Assembly (NCBI GenBank): GCA_022562795.1
Contig: JADFOP010000009.1
Location: forward strand, 1 to 58,428
Length of the DNA: 58,428 bases
Origin: Nitrospinota bacterium
GTDB lineage: Bacteria > JADFOP01
Direction of reading: 5' to 3'
Numbering within the stretch: position 1 is the stretch's first letter; each line of letters begins with the position of its first letter. The notes beneath the pieces were generated by a model. The model had not been told where the DNA came from and made no database searches. It saw nothing but the letters and a program-made list of their open reading frames with translations. The translations under genes were made by a program, and so were the position numbers. Below, one piece after another: positions 36,749-45,796 of the stretch.

Positions 36749-37894
36749 ATGCGTACAGTATACCTTGATCATAACGCCACGACGCCGGTGGACCCGGCTG
36801 TCCGGGATGCCATGCTGCCGTACCTGGAGGAGGGCTTTGGGAACCCCTCGAGCCTTCACTCCTTTGGCCGGACGGCCCGGGTGGCCCTTGACGAGGCCAG
36901 AGACTCGGTGGCCGCCTTGGTCGGGGGGGACCCGCTGTCAGTCATCTTTGTAAGCAGCGGCACCGAGGCCAACAACCTTGCCATTAGGGGGACCGCCGCG
37001 GCCCACCGCGACCGCGCTCGCCATTTGGTGGTGAGCGCCGTAGAGCACAATTCAGTCATGGAGACCTGTAGGGCTATGGAGGCCGACGGTTTCCGCACGA
37101 CCATCGTCCCCGTGGATGAAACGGGCCGGGTGGAGCCAGAGGCCGTTGCTGAGGCAATCTCCGACGAGACGCTCCTGGTCGCTCTTATGCATGCCAACAA
37201 CGAGATGGGGACCATCCAGCCCGTCGAGAAGGTCGCCGAGCTGGCCCGCGAGCGGGGTGTCCCTGTGCTTGTCGACGCGGTCCAAACCGTGGGCAAGATA
37301 CCCTTGGATGTTCTTGCCATGGGGTGTGACATGGTGAGCCTCTCCTCGCACAAGCTTTACGGGCCTAAGGGCGCGGGGGCTCTATACGTCCGTAAGGGAT
37401 TGGAGCTCAAAGCCCTCATCACCGGGGGCGCCCACGAGCTTAGCCGCCGGGCGGGCACCGAGAACGTCCCTTGCATCGTCGGGTTCGGGGCGGCCTGCCG
37501 TTTGGCGACCGAGCGGCGGGAAGCTGACGAGAAGCGGACGCTGCGCTTACGGGACCGTCTCTGGAAGGGCGTCGCCGAGCGCATTCCAGGAGTGTTTCTC
37601 AACGGTGACCCCGTCAGCCGCCTGCCCAATACCCTCAACGTAAGCTTCGAAGCCGTGGAAGGCGAGTCGGTCGTGATCAACCTCGATCTTAAGGGGATAG
37701 CTGTCTCGACCGGGAGCGCCTGCTCCTCTGGTAAGGTGACTCTCTCCCCAGTGCTGTTAGCCATGGGTCTTGATGAGGCGCGGACACGGGGCAGCGTCAG
37801 GTTCAGCCTGGGGCGGGGGACCACGGAGGACGACATCGACCACGTTCTCGATGTTCTTCCCCCCGTCATTGAGCGGCTGCGGAACCTGGGCTGA
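36749..37894 (+). CDS. Cysteine desulfurase (IscS/NifS class I)
   Basis: YLDHNATT, GNPSS.H, SHKLYGPKG (PLP Lys), RAGTEN, STGSACSS (catalytic Cys). Confidence 0.93.
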   Translation: MRTVYLDHNATTPVDPAVRDAMLPYLEEGFGNPSSLHSFGRTARVALDEARDSVAALVGGDPLSVIFVSSGTEANNLAIRGTAAAHRDRARHLVVSAVEHNSVMETCRAMEADGFRTTIVPVDETGRVEPEAVAEAISDETLLVALMHANNEMGTIQPVEKVAELARERGVPVLVDAVQTVGKIPLDVLAMGCDMVSLSSHKLYGPKGAGALYVRKGLELKALITGGAHELSRRAGTENVPCIVGFGAACRLATERREADEKRTLRLRDRLWKGVAERIPGVFLNGDPVSRLPNTLNVSFEAVEGESVVINLDLKGIAVSTGSACSSGKVTLSPVLLAMGLDEARTRGSVRFSLGRGTTEDDIDHVLDVLPPVIERLRNLG

Positions 37895-37968
37895 GCGATA
37901 GAGAGATAGCCCAAAGACGGACCCTTCATTTTTCCCAAGGCTTAGTAACGGTTCATGGAGGATGAGGC

Positions 37969-38763
37969 ATGGCGGCGCCTATCCTTGTCGTTAAGGACTT
38001 AGTGAAAGAGTTCAACGGGTTTCGGGCGGTTGATGGCGTCTCGTTGGAACTCTACCCCGGAGAGGTTTTCGCTTTCCTGGGGCCTAACGGGGCGGGTAAG
38101 ACCACGACCATCGCGATGATGACCACACTGCTAAAGCCCACAAGTGGCGCCATCACTTTGGGCGATGTTGATGTGGTCAGAAGTTCCACGGCGGCGAAGT
38201 CTATTTTCGGGGTCGTTTTCCAAGAGGCTGCTGTGGACAAAGACCTCACAGCCTTCGAGAACTTGTGGCTTTACGGCGTCCTATATGGGCTGTCCCGGGC
38301 CGAGAGATCTGCTCGAATCGAAGAGATGCTTGAGCTCGTCGAGCTTACCGACCGGCGCGACGACTTCGTAAGAACCTTCTCCGGTGGAATGCGGCGGAGG
38401 CTTGAGTTCGCCCGCGGCCTCATGACCCGTCCCCGTGTCCTTTTCCTCGATGAGCCGACCTTGGGCCTCGACGTACAAAGCCGTGAGCGCATCTGGTCCT
38501 ACATAGAGAGAATTCGCAGCGATTACGGGATCGCCATCTTTCTAACCACCCACTACCTGGAGGAGGCCGAGCGGGCCGACCGGGTAGCAATCATCGATCA
38601 CGGTCGACTGATCGCCCTCGATTCCCCGGAAGGCCTTAAGGCCGCTTATGGTGCGGCAAGTTTAGACGAGGCCTTCTTGAGCCTAACCGGCCACGGAATT
38701 CGTGACGACCAGCTCGACGCTGCAAGCCACCAGAGGGTCTTACGCCATAGGAGAAAGCAGTGA
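37969..38763 (+). CDS. ABC transporter ATP-binding protein (DrrA-like)
   Basis: GPNGAGKTT, FSGGMRRR, LFLDEPT, TTHY. Confidence 0.93.
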   Translation: MAAPILVVKDLVKEFNGFRAVDGVSLELYPGEVFAFLGPNGAGKTTTIAMMTTLLKPTSGAITLGDVDVVRSSTAAKSIFGVVFQEAAVDKDLTAFENLWLYGVLYGLSRAERSARIEEMLELVELTDRRDDFVRTFSGGMRRRLEFARGLMTRPRVLFLDEPTLGLDVQSRERIWSYIERIRSDYGIAIFLTTHYLEEAERADRVAIIDHGRLIALDSPEGLKAAYGAASLDEAFLSLTGHGIRDDQLDAASHQRVLRHRRKQ

Positions 38764-39587
38764 CGAACGGCCTCTCCCTCGAGCTGGCCGCCGTCGGGGC
38801 CATCTGGTGGCGGGACGTCATTCAGTTTCTTCGCAACAAAGGTCGCTCGGCCTCTCATCTAGCCATGCCCATAATGTGGCTGCTCTTGTTCGGGGTGGGC
38901 ATGAATCGCGCCTTCCAGCCCGGCGCCCTAGGCGGTGGTGTTAGCTACATCCAGTTCGTGTATCCCGGCATAGTGGGGATGACGATCCTCTTCAGCGGCC
39001 TATTCTCAGCATTCGGGATCGTGGCCGATCAGGAGTTCGGCTACCTTAAAGCCTTCCTCGTGGCCCCCATTCGTCCTTCCAGCATGGTCCTGGGACGGAT
39101 ACTCTCGGGGGTGACCCTTACGGTCGTCCAAGCCCTCGTGATGGTGGTGATGGCCCCTCTCGTGGGCATTTCCCTTACAATACCAATGTTGTTGCAGATG
39201 GTCCCGATCATCGTGCTCTTTGCCTTTACCACGACGGCGGCCAGCGTGGCATTGGCCGGGCTGATCAGATCTCACGTCGGGTTTATCGTCGCCAATCAGT
39301 TCATTACTCTGCCGCTCTTCTTCACGTGTGGAGCGGTCTTCCCGATGGTTAACCTCCCTGTCTGGATGGACTTCCTCGTCAAGATCAACCCCGCCACCTA
39401 CGCCGTGGACGCTCTTCGCTTGGTGGCCCTGACGGGCCAGGGCGTGGGCTTGCCCGCCGTGGCTCGGTTGGGCCCGTTCCTCTTCGGCCGGCCCGTGGGA
39501 CTAGCCGCCGACCTTGCCATCACTGTGGGTTTCACCACCCTCTTTTTCGCATTGGCGGTGCGTTCCTTCTCAAGGCCCCTGTCGTGA
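38760..39587 (+). CDS. ABC-2 transporter permease (DrrB-like)
   Basis: Y..F..PG, D.EFG.LK..LVAP, LP.W...L...NP.TYAVDALR. Confidence 0.9.
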   Translation: MTNGLSLELAAVGAIWWRDVIQFLRNKGRSASHLAMPIMWLLLFGVGMNRAFQPGALGGGVSYIQFVYPGIVGMTILFSGLFSAFGIVADQEFGYLKAFLVAPIRPSSMVLGRILSGVTLTVVQALVMVVMAPLVGISLTIPMLLQMVPIIVLFAFTTTAASVALAGLIRSHVGFIVANQFITLPLFFTCGAVFPMVNLPVWMDFLVKINPATYAVDALRLVALTGQGVGLPAVARLGPFLFGRPVGLAADLAITVGFTTLFFALAVRSFSRPLS

Positions 39588-39647
39588 TTTAACGAGCCCT
39601 GAGTTGTATCAAATCAAGGTTGCGTTGTCTTGGCCGTTAGGTACGGC

Positions 39648-40637
39648 TCAGCGGATAGACTCGAAAATTATGCGCTGTCGGCCTTTCTTTTCGGCTGCCT
39701 GAGAAGGAGTAACGGGCTCTATCGGCTGAGGTTTCCTGGAAGCCACCGGGGCGGTGGCCGGTCTAGAGGCAGGGGAGAGGGGGCTACTCACGCCAGGAAA
39801 CGAGGCCAGGACTCTAGCCATGCCGATGCGGGCCAAGGTATCGTGGGTCTGCCACACACCCCCTCCCTTGAGGAAACGGTCCATCAGCATGATGTTCTCA
39901 AATAGCGGCACTTGGGTTTCGTCGAAAGAGGCCTGCCAGAGGACCGCTCCGTCTATAGTGGAAAGGAGATAGACGTCGTAAGCAACGCTGGCCGAATCGC
40001 GAACCGTGAGAGAATTGCCCTGGCGGTTACGATAGCGGCCTATGACGCCCACCACGAGGCCGTCTGCGAGCCGGTCCCCAACCCACAAACGATCCGGAAC
40101 CTCGGCCTTCTCGGCTTCCGTCAAGCGAATTTCCCGTGGAATGATGAAGGCGTCCAGTCCTGAGCCAGAGGCGACTTGACCCTCTGAAGGGGCCATCCGG
40201 CCCTCGGCGGCGATGGCCTCACGCAGGGCTGGCTCCAACTGCTCCAGGATGCCTTCGATCGCCTTCGGGCTCACCTCGGGGGGAGGCAGCCGTCCACCGA
40301 CCCGGTGGCCCAATGGTATCTCCAGGTTGAGCTTCGAATAGTCGGCCGGCATGGGTGGCAAGACACTCTTGGTGGTCCGGTTCTTAAGCTCCTCATAGAA
40401 GAACTCGGAGATGGTCTCGCCGGCGTCCGGTGAAGGGGTTCTGTTATCGAAGTGGAGGACGACGATGCGACGTAGGGGATAATCGGCCAGCTTGGGATGG
40501 GTGAACGAGACAACGTTGCTCGGTGGCGCGAATCCTGAAACCTTAATAGGGGGGGCGCACCCTACGGCCAGTGCCGCGACCGCCGTCAGTGCGCTGAGGC
40601 CTACCAAGAGGCACCAGCGGCGCGACCCAGAAGGCAT
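39648..40637 (-). CDS. Lipoprotein, CsgG/TolB-N-like fold
   Basis: Lipobox AVGC; RIVVL.F.N ... ADG.V.G.I.RY ... DG.VLW pattern. Confidence 0.6.
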   Translation of the reverse strand: MPSGSRRWCLLVGLSALTAVAALAVGCAPPIKVSGFAPPSNVVSFTHPKLADYPLRRIVVLHFDNRTPSPDAGETISEFFYEELKNRTTKSVLPPMPADYSKLNLEIPLGHRVGGRLPPPEVSPKAIEGILEQLEPALREAIAAEGRMAPSEGQVASGSGLDAFIIPREIRLTEAEKAEVPDRLWVGDRLADGLVVGVIGRYRNRQGNSLTVRDSASVAYDVYLLSTIDGAVLWQASFDETQVPLFENIMLMDRFLKGGGVWQTHDTLARIGMARVLASFPGVSSPLSPASRPATAPVASRKPQPIEPVTPSQAAEKKGRQRIIFESIR

Positions 40638-40646
40638 GGCGCGATG

Positions 40647-41462
40647 TCACTCGTTAGTGGAGTTTAGTTTGAGGATGAGGTCGTGACGGCCGTCGCCCCG
40701 ATGGAGCCGGAGGTCCACCTCGGTTTGACCGCTCGCTGCCTCAATTGCCTCCTGAAATGCTTGGATGGAATCTGTTGAGTGGTCCCCGATGGCTGTAATG
40801 ATGTCGCCTCGTCGAATTCCTGCGGAGGCCGCCTCGCTATTGCTCTGGACGTGGGAGACTAGAACGCCAACTTTCTCACCCAAGCTGAAGTGCTCTGCAA
40901 TGGCAGGGGTGAGCGCCTGAACGGTTATGCCTAAGGCGTTCTGGGCCAGGTTGGGCTCTTGGCCTTCGTGCGTCTCGATGGTCTTGGCATCCTTGAGGAC
41001 CTGCTCGGTGGCGTAGATGGGGGCATTAACCCGTAGGGCCACGGCTATGGCGTCGCTCGGCCTGCTATCCACCGTGATCTCCCGGCCGTCTACCTCCAGA
41101 CGGATGACGGCGTAGAAAATATTCTTCTCCAGCTTCGTAATGATGATCCTCTCTACCTTCGCATCCACCCCCTTGAGGATGTTCTTGATCAGATCGTGGG
41201 TCAGGGGACGGACCGTGGGGACCTCGTCCATTTGCATGGTGATGGCGTTGGCTTCAAAGGGGCCGATCCAAATAGGCAGCAGGCGAGCGGTCTCCTCGGT
41301 GGTCTCGAGCACAGCGATGGGCTTCGAATTTCTGGGGTCAACTGTAATGCCCTTGATCTTCACGGGTACCAACGTGCCATACGGGCTTGTATCGGCAGCC
41401 CATCCGGCTGCGGCCAATACCGCAATGGTGAAGGTAACAACTAGGATTCTGGCGAACGACAT
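40647..41462 (-). CDS. DUF151 (bifunctional nuclease) domain plus C-terminal PDZ domain, with signal peptide
   Basis: LPIWIG.FEA.AI, RPLTHDL, DSRPSDAIA.ALR..APIY; then LGITVQ.LTP ... GVLVS.V...S.A..AGI.RGDII. Confidence 0.85.
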   Translation of the reverse strand: MSFARILVVTFTIAVLAAAGWAADTSPYGTLVPVKIKGITVDPRNSKPIAVLETTEETARLLPIWIGPFEANAITMQMDEVPTVRPLTHDLIKNILKGVDAKVERIIITKLEKNIFYAVIRLEVDGREITVDSRPSDAIAVALRVNAPIYATEQVLKDAKTIETHEGQEPNLAQNALGITVQALTPAIAEHFSLGEKVGVLVSHVQSNSEAASAGIRRGDIITAIGDHSTDSIQAFQEAIEAASGQTEVDLRLHRGDGRHDLILKLNSTNE

Positions 41463-41552
41463 ACGACCTCCACGTCAGACCAATAAGGGCTGTTATTATA
41501 ACACGGCTGAGCCTCAGCCGTCCATGAAAAGGGCGTCCGGGTGAAGGGTCAC

Positions 41553-41867
41553 TTAACCGCTTTCCTTTGAACGCCGCCGGACAGCTTCCACGCGCTTTTC
41601 CATCTTGCTCATAAGGGAAGCCTTCTCTGAGGCAATACGAGCCTCGATATCGGCCACAGGCACACTCCCCTCCTCGTCGGTTTGAGACTCCTTGATGGCC
41701 GACTGCATCATGATATTCAGCTCGGCTACCTTAGCGTCGAATTCCCTCCGTATCTCGCCGATTTCGTGCTTTTGTTCGTCGGTCAGGGTAGTATCGGCCG
41801 GCTCCAGGCCCTTTTCCTTGAGACGTTCCATGGCTCTCTCATAGGCGCTCTTTAACCCATCGCCCAT
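41553..41867 (-). CDS. Small coiled-coil hypothetical protein
   Basis: GAGGAG RBS; LKSAYERAMERL ... LT.EQK.EI.EIR; charged helical composition. Confidence 0.7.
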   Translation of the reverse strand: MGDGLKSAYERAMERLKEKGLEPADTTLTDEQKHEIGEIRREFDAKVAELNIMMQSAIKESQTDEEGSVPVADIEARIASEKASLMSKMEKRVEAVRRRSKESG

Positions 41868-41908
41868 GATGGCTCTCCTCCCCTGGGGGCTGGCTTTGCC
41901 GTGTGTCC

Positions 41909-42856
41909 CTAATGATAGTGGTCGGATGTAGAAATTTCCACCTTTTTTTCGGCGATACCAGGCCGGGCGGATGTAGGCTTGTGGACCAAGGCAATGCCCA
42001 GGGCCACGAAGGCGGAGCTAAGCAAGAGGTTTCGGGTCAGGGGGTCGCCCAGAAGGAGGTGGCTCAGCGTGACCCCCGAAAGCGGGATGAGGAAGGAGAA
42101 GGCCGAGAGGGTCGATGGGTTATGGCGCTGGAGGAGAATGGTGGCGGCCAAGAAACAGAAAGCCCCCACGACTATGCCTTGAAAGAGCAGGGCGGCCGTG
42201 ACCGAAGGTGAAAAATGCCAGGCCCTCCCCGCCTCGGTCAGCCTGCTCGCCCAGAGGAAGAGGGGTACGCCTACGACCATCTGCCAGAAGACCACCTGGG
42301 AAGGCTCTATGGTCGATATGAGGCGCTTTACGTAGACGATCCGGGCCCCGAGGAGCGCCGCGCTAGCAAAGACGAGGGCGTTGCCAAGCAAATTGCCGCT
42401 CCCAATCTGATCGATGAAGATGAAGGCCACGCCGATGAAGGCAAGGGTGAGGCCAAACACCTTCTGGCCGGTTAGACGGTCGCCCTCCACGAAGAAGTGG
42501 GCCAGGAGAAGGACGAAGAACGGGTTCGAGTTAATGAGGAGCGAGGCGTGGCTCGCTGAGGTGTGGGCTACGCCTAAGTAAAACAAGCCGATCTGGGCAG
42601 CGAATGAGAGGCCGTTGATAATGTGATGGAAAACCTCCCTGCGTGCAGGCCGGAAGGGGATATCTTGGGCGCGCATCCAGGCGGCCAGGCTGAGCCCGGC
42701 TAGAACGAAGCGCAGGGCGGCCATTCCGAAAGGCGGCAACCCTTCAAGGCCCACTTTTATGGCCACAACGTTGCCGCCCCAAAGTAGGAATAGAAAAACT
42801 ATGAAGATGAGGGTCCCATGGCTCAAAAAGTCGTCCTGAGCGGGGTAATCTTGCAC
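41909..42856 (-). CDS. EamA/DMT family transporter
   Basis: LWGGN...IK.GL...PPF..AALRF, two EamA halves; start set at GTG 42856 after a GGAGG RBS. Confidence 0.88.
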   Translation of the reverse strand: MQDYPAQDDFLSHGTLIFIVFLFLLWGGNVVAIKVGLEGLPPFGMAALRFVLAGLSLAAWMRAQDIPFRPARREVFHHIINGLSFAAQIGLFYLGVAHTSASHASLLINSNPFFVLLLAHFFVEGDRLTGQKVFGLTLAFIGVAFIFIDQIGSGNLLGNALVFASAALLGARIVYVKRLISTIEPSQVVFWQMVVGVPLFLWASRLTEAGRAWHFSPSVTAALLFQGIVVGAFCFLAATILLQRHNPSTLSAFSFLIPLSGVTLSHLLLGDPLTRNLLLSSAFVALGIALVHKPTSARPGIAEKKVEISTSDHYH

Positions 42857-43025
42857 GAGGAATCCTCCCGGAAGCGGGACAATCCGTGGATTATATCGCA
42901 GCAGCGTTGCTAAGGCCACCGCTCTGGAGAGATGACTTGCCAGCGGCCGTGCTCTTTCATACAATGCTTCGAGAGACCTTAGCGGGCCTGCTTCTCCGTG
43001 CCAAAATGGCCTTATCGCCTTACGG

Positions 43026-43054
43026 TTGGCACAGGAATGGCGCTGTGATATACT
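43026..43054 (+). promoter_or_regulatory. Putative sigma70 promoter for LysR gene
   Basis: TTGGCA-17 bp-TATACT with extended -10 TG. Confidence 0.6.
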
Positions 43055-43086
43055 TTTGTCTCTTGGACCCGGGGTATTGATAACGA

Positions 43087-43992
43087 ATGGATTTGGAACG
43101 CCTGAATACATTTTGCCTGGTGGTGGAGAAAGAGAGCTTCTCGCAGGCGGCGGAACTCGTCTCGCGCTCTCAGCCCGCCATCAGCCAGCAGATGACCGCC
43201 CTTGAGGAATACTACGGGGTTCGGCTCTTCGACCGCGGGGCCAGAGGAGTCGCGCTCACCGAGGCAGGGCAAATCCTCTACAAGTACGCCAGGCAGCTCT
43301 TAAGGCTTCACGGGGAGGCCCAGGAGGCCCTCGATGGCTTCAAGGGCCTCAAGCGAGGCCAGCTCACCGTCGGGGCGGCCGGCACCATTGCCCAATACTT
43401 CCTGCCTCGCCCCTTGGGGGCCTTCCGCCAGCGCCACCCCCACGTGGTCATCTCCCTAATCGAAGCCGACACCGATGAGCTATGCCAGCTGCTTCGGGAC
43501 CGGAAAATTCACCTTGCTTTCGTCGAGGAAGAGCTGACCTCCGAGGGGCTCATCGTAACCCCCTTCTTCACCGATGAGCTCGTCCTCGCCGTGAACAAAA
43601 AGCATCCTTGGACCATGCGGCCTTCGGTTCCGCTGGCCGAAGTGGCCAAGGAACCGTTCATTTGCCACGACCCGGAGAACCCCCTCCAACGGTTCATCGA
43701 GGAGGCGTTCGACGCCGCAGGCATCGATCACATCAACCGCTTCCTCACCTTCGGCTCCACCGAGGCCGTCAAGGCTGGCGTGGAGAGCGGCCTAGGGGTC
43801 TCTATCCTCTCGCTTTACACCATCGCAAAGGAACGGGGGGCTATGGGGACCATCGCCGTGGTCCCCATCGAGGAAGGAGCCATCAGCAGGGAGCTGACCA
43901 TGCTCTCGGTTCCCGGCCGTTACCAGAGCCCCGCCACCCAGGAGCTCACCAAGCTGGTGACAACCTGGTCGGACGACGATCTCATCCTCTAA
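43087..43992 (+). CDS. LysR-family transcriptional regulator (CysL-like)
   Basis: HTH SFSQAAE...SQPAISQQ...LE, LT.AG; GSTEAVKAGVE.GLGVSILS. Confidence 0.92.
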   Translation: MDLERLNTFCLVVEKESFSQAAELVSRSQPAISQQMTALEEYYGVRLFDRGARGVALTEAGQILYKYARQLLRLHGEAQEALDGFKGLKRGQLTVGAAGTIAQYFLPRPLGAFRQRHPHVVISLIEADTDELCQLLRDRKIHLAFVEEELTSEGLIVTPFFTDELVLAVNKKHPWTMRPSVPLAEVAKEPFICHDPENPLQRFIEEAFDAAGIDHINRFLTFGSTEAVKAGVESGLGVSILSLYTIAKERGAMGTIAVVPIEEGAISRELTMLSVPGRYQSPATQELTKLVTTWSDDDLIL

Positions 43993-43997
43993 GACTC

Positions 43998-44447
43998 ATG
44001 TCCCCCGATTCATTCGCCAGGGACGAGGACATCCTCTTCATCCTGCAGACCTACCGCACTGTGGCCGTGGTCGGTTGTTCGCCGAACTCGAATCGGGACG
44101 GCCACATAGTGCCCCGCTTTCTCCAGGCAAGGGGATACCGGATCATTCCCGTGAACCCGAGTGCGGAGAATATCTTGGGCGAGCCTTGCTATCCAGACCT
44201 TGATGCGGTGCCCGAACCAGTGGATGTGGTGGACGTATTTCGCCGCCCCGAGCACGTGCCCCCGATTGTGGATGGGGCCGTTCGGGTCGGTGCATCGGCG
44301 TTGTGGCTTCAAGAAGGCGTGGTGAACGTCGAGGAGGCCCGGCGGGCACGCGAAGCGGGCCTTACGGTCGTTATGGACCGGTGCATGCTCAAGGAATGGC
44401 TCCGCTTCGAGAAGCGGCTCTCCGCCGCCCAAGCCCTTAAACCCTAA
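43998..44447 (+). CDS. CoA-binding protein (YccU-like)
   Basis: TVAVVG.S, GY.IIPVNP, VDVVDVFR, LWLQEG, VVMDRC; start set at ATG 43998. Confidence 0.9.
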   Translation: MSPDSFARDEDILFILQTYRTVAVVGCSPNSNRDGHIVPRFLQARGYRIIPVNPSAENILGEPCYPDLDAVPEPVDVVDVFRRPEHVPPIVDGAVRVGASALWLQEGVVNVEEARRAREAGLTVVMDRCMLKEWLRFEKRLSAAQALKP

Positions 44448-44512
44448 ATCAGCAGACTCATTGCTCGCCCAAGAAGCCCGCTTGCGGGTCTAGGTTTGAA
44501 AAGGGTCCCGGC

Positions 44513-45352
44513 CTAGGCAGGGTGGTCAGCCGTGTAGGAAAGGGCGGCCTCGTAGCCTTCGGGTAAGCCGAGGTCAAAGCATTCTCCCTCGATCGGGGCG
44601 ACCAGAAACTCCCCTGCGGCCGCCAGGGCTTGGTAGAGAGGGACATCGTCCACCTCACCGTCGGCCGCCGGCTTTCCTTGTTCATCCAAAAGCTCGAAAA
44701 ACCTCGGCGCCAAAACAGAGCGGCCAATTGCCCGTATTGCCTCGCCTTCGGGGCCAACCCTGAAGGACCCCGAACCTTTATCCTGAAGAGTGGTAACGGC
44801 GAGCCGCCCGTCGGTCCGTCGCCAAACCTCCATGCCCCCGCAGTTGGCGAAACGATAAGCATCCTTCGACCGCACGGTGACTACGGCGCAGGTTGTGAGA
44901 CCCGTGGCGTGGTAGCTATCCAGGCAAGCGGCAATGGACGGCCGAGGTGCAAACGCTACGTTATCCGGCATCAGGCAGGCGATCGCCTCCGCCCCTAGGG
45001 CTGAGCGGGCTCGGACGATGGCGTCGGCCACCCCATCGGCCTCGGGTTGCACCACGAAGAGGATCTCCTCAAAGCGCTGCCGGTAGTCGATCGGCGGGCC
45101 GGCGTAGCTCCACTCCCCCAAGGTCGCGGGCCTTTGCCCGGCAATGTACTCCTCGATTAGCGGCTTGTCCGGACGCACCACCACGGCAACGCGACTAAGG
45201 CCCGCATCAAGCGCCTCGACCATAGAGTGTTCTATGGCGGCCAGGCCTCCTACCGGGAGGAGCTCCTTGGGACGCTCTCCACACAGCTTTCGCATGCGTG
45301 TGCCCAGTCCAGCAGCGGGCACGACCGCAGGGATGTCAACGCGACGGCGCAT
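44513..45352 (-). CDS. Sugar-phosphate nucleotidyltransferase (GalU-like)
   Basis: VPAAGLGTRM...PKELLPV, Q....G.ADA, PDN, D.G.P.GY; start set at ATG 45352 after GAGGAG. Confidence 0.85.
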   Translation of the reverse strand: MRRRVDIPAVVPAAGLGTRMRKLCGERPKELLPVGGLAAIEHSMVEALDAGLSRVAVVVRPDKPLIEEYIAGQRPATLGEWSYAGPPIDYRQRFEEILFVVQPEADGVADAIVRARSALGAEAIACLMPDNVAFAPRPSIAACLDSYHATGLTTCAVVTVRSKDAYRFANCGGMEVWRRTDGRLAVTTLQDKGSGSFRVGPEGEAIRAIGRSVLAPRFFELLDEQGKPAADGEVDDVPLYQALAAAGEFLVAPIEGECFDLGLPEGYEAALSYTADHPA

Positions 45353-45535
45353 ATGGACGCACTCCTCATCTTTGTCTATGGTACGCTCCCCAGAACGGAG
45401 GCGCAAGGTTCTGATGACCTCACCATTGACGGTTCTTGAAAGCTTTTGTACCATAGGTTCCACCTCTCTGGTTATTCTGGGAAGGTTCCGGGGCATTGGG
45501 GGGGAGTCCCGGCCGGTTTGGAAGGAGGGAAGGTT

Positions 45536-45796
45536 ATGGGAGAGCGATTAATCGGTAAAGTCAAGGACTACTTCCGGAAGGTCGAGGTCATGACCCTTGA
45601 GCTGGAAGGTCTCATTAAGGTTGGCGACACGATCCACATCAAGGGTCATACGACCGACCTCACCCAGGCGGTCGAATCCATGCAAATCGAGCACGCGGAC
45701 GTCCAGGAGGGGGGCCCAGGCGACTTGGTAGGCATAAAGGTGGCCGAGCGGGTCCGGCCCGGCGACAGCGTATTTGTCGTGGAAGACTCGGGATAG
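45536..45796 (+). CDS. Small translation-factor-like beta-barrel protein (EF-Tu domain II-like)
   Basis: IGKV..YF.K..V, IKVGDTIHIKGHTTD..Q.VESMQIEH, G..VGIKV...VR.GD.V; GGAGG RBS. Confidence 0.8.
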   Translation: MGERLIGKVKDYFRKVEVMTLELEGLIKVGDTIHIKGHTTDLTQAVESMQIEHADVQEGGPGDLVGIKVAERVRPGDSVFVVEDSG

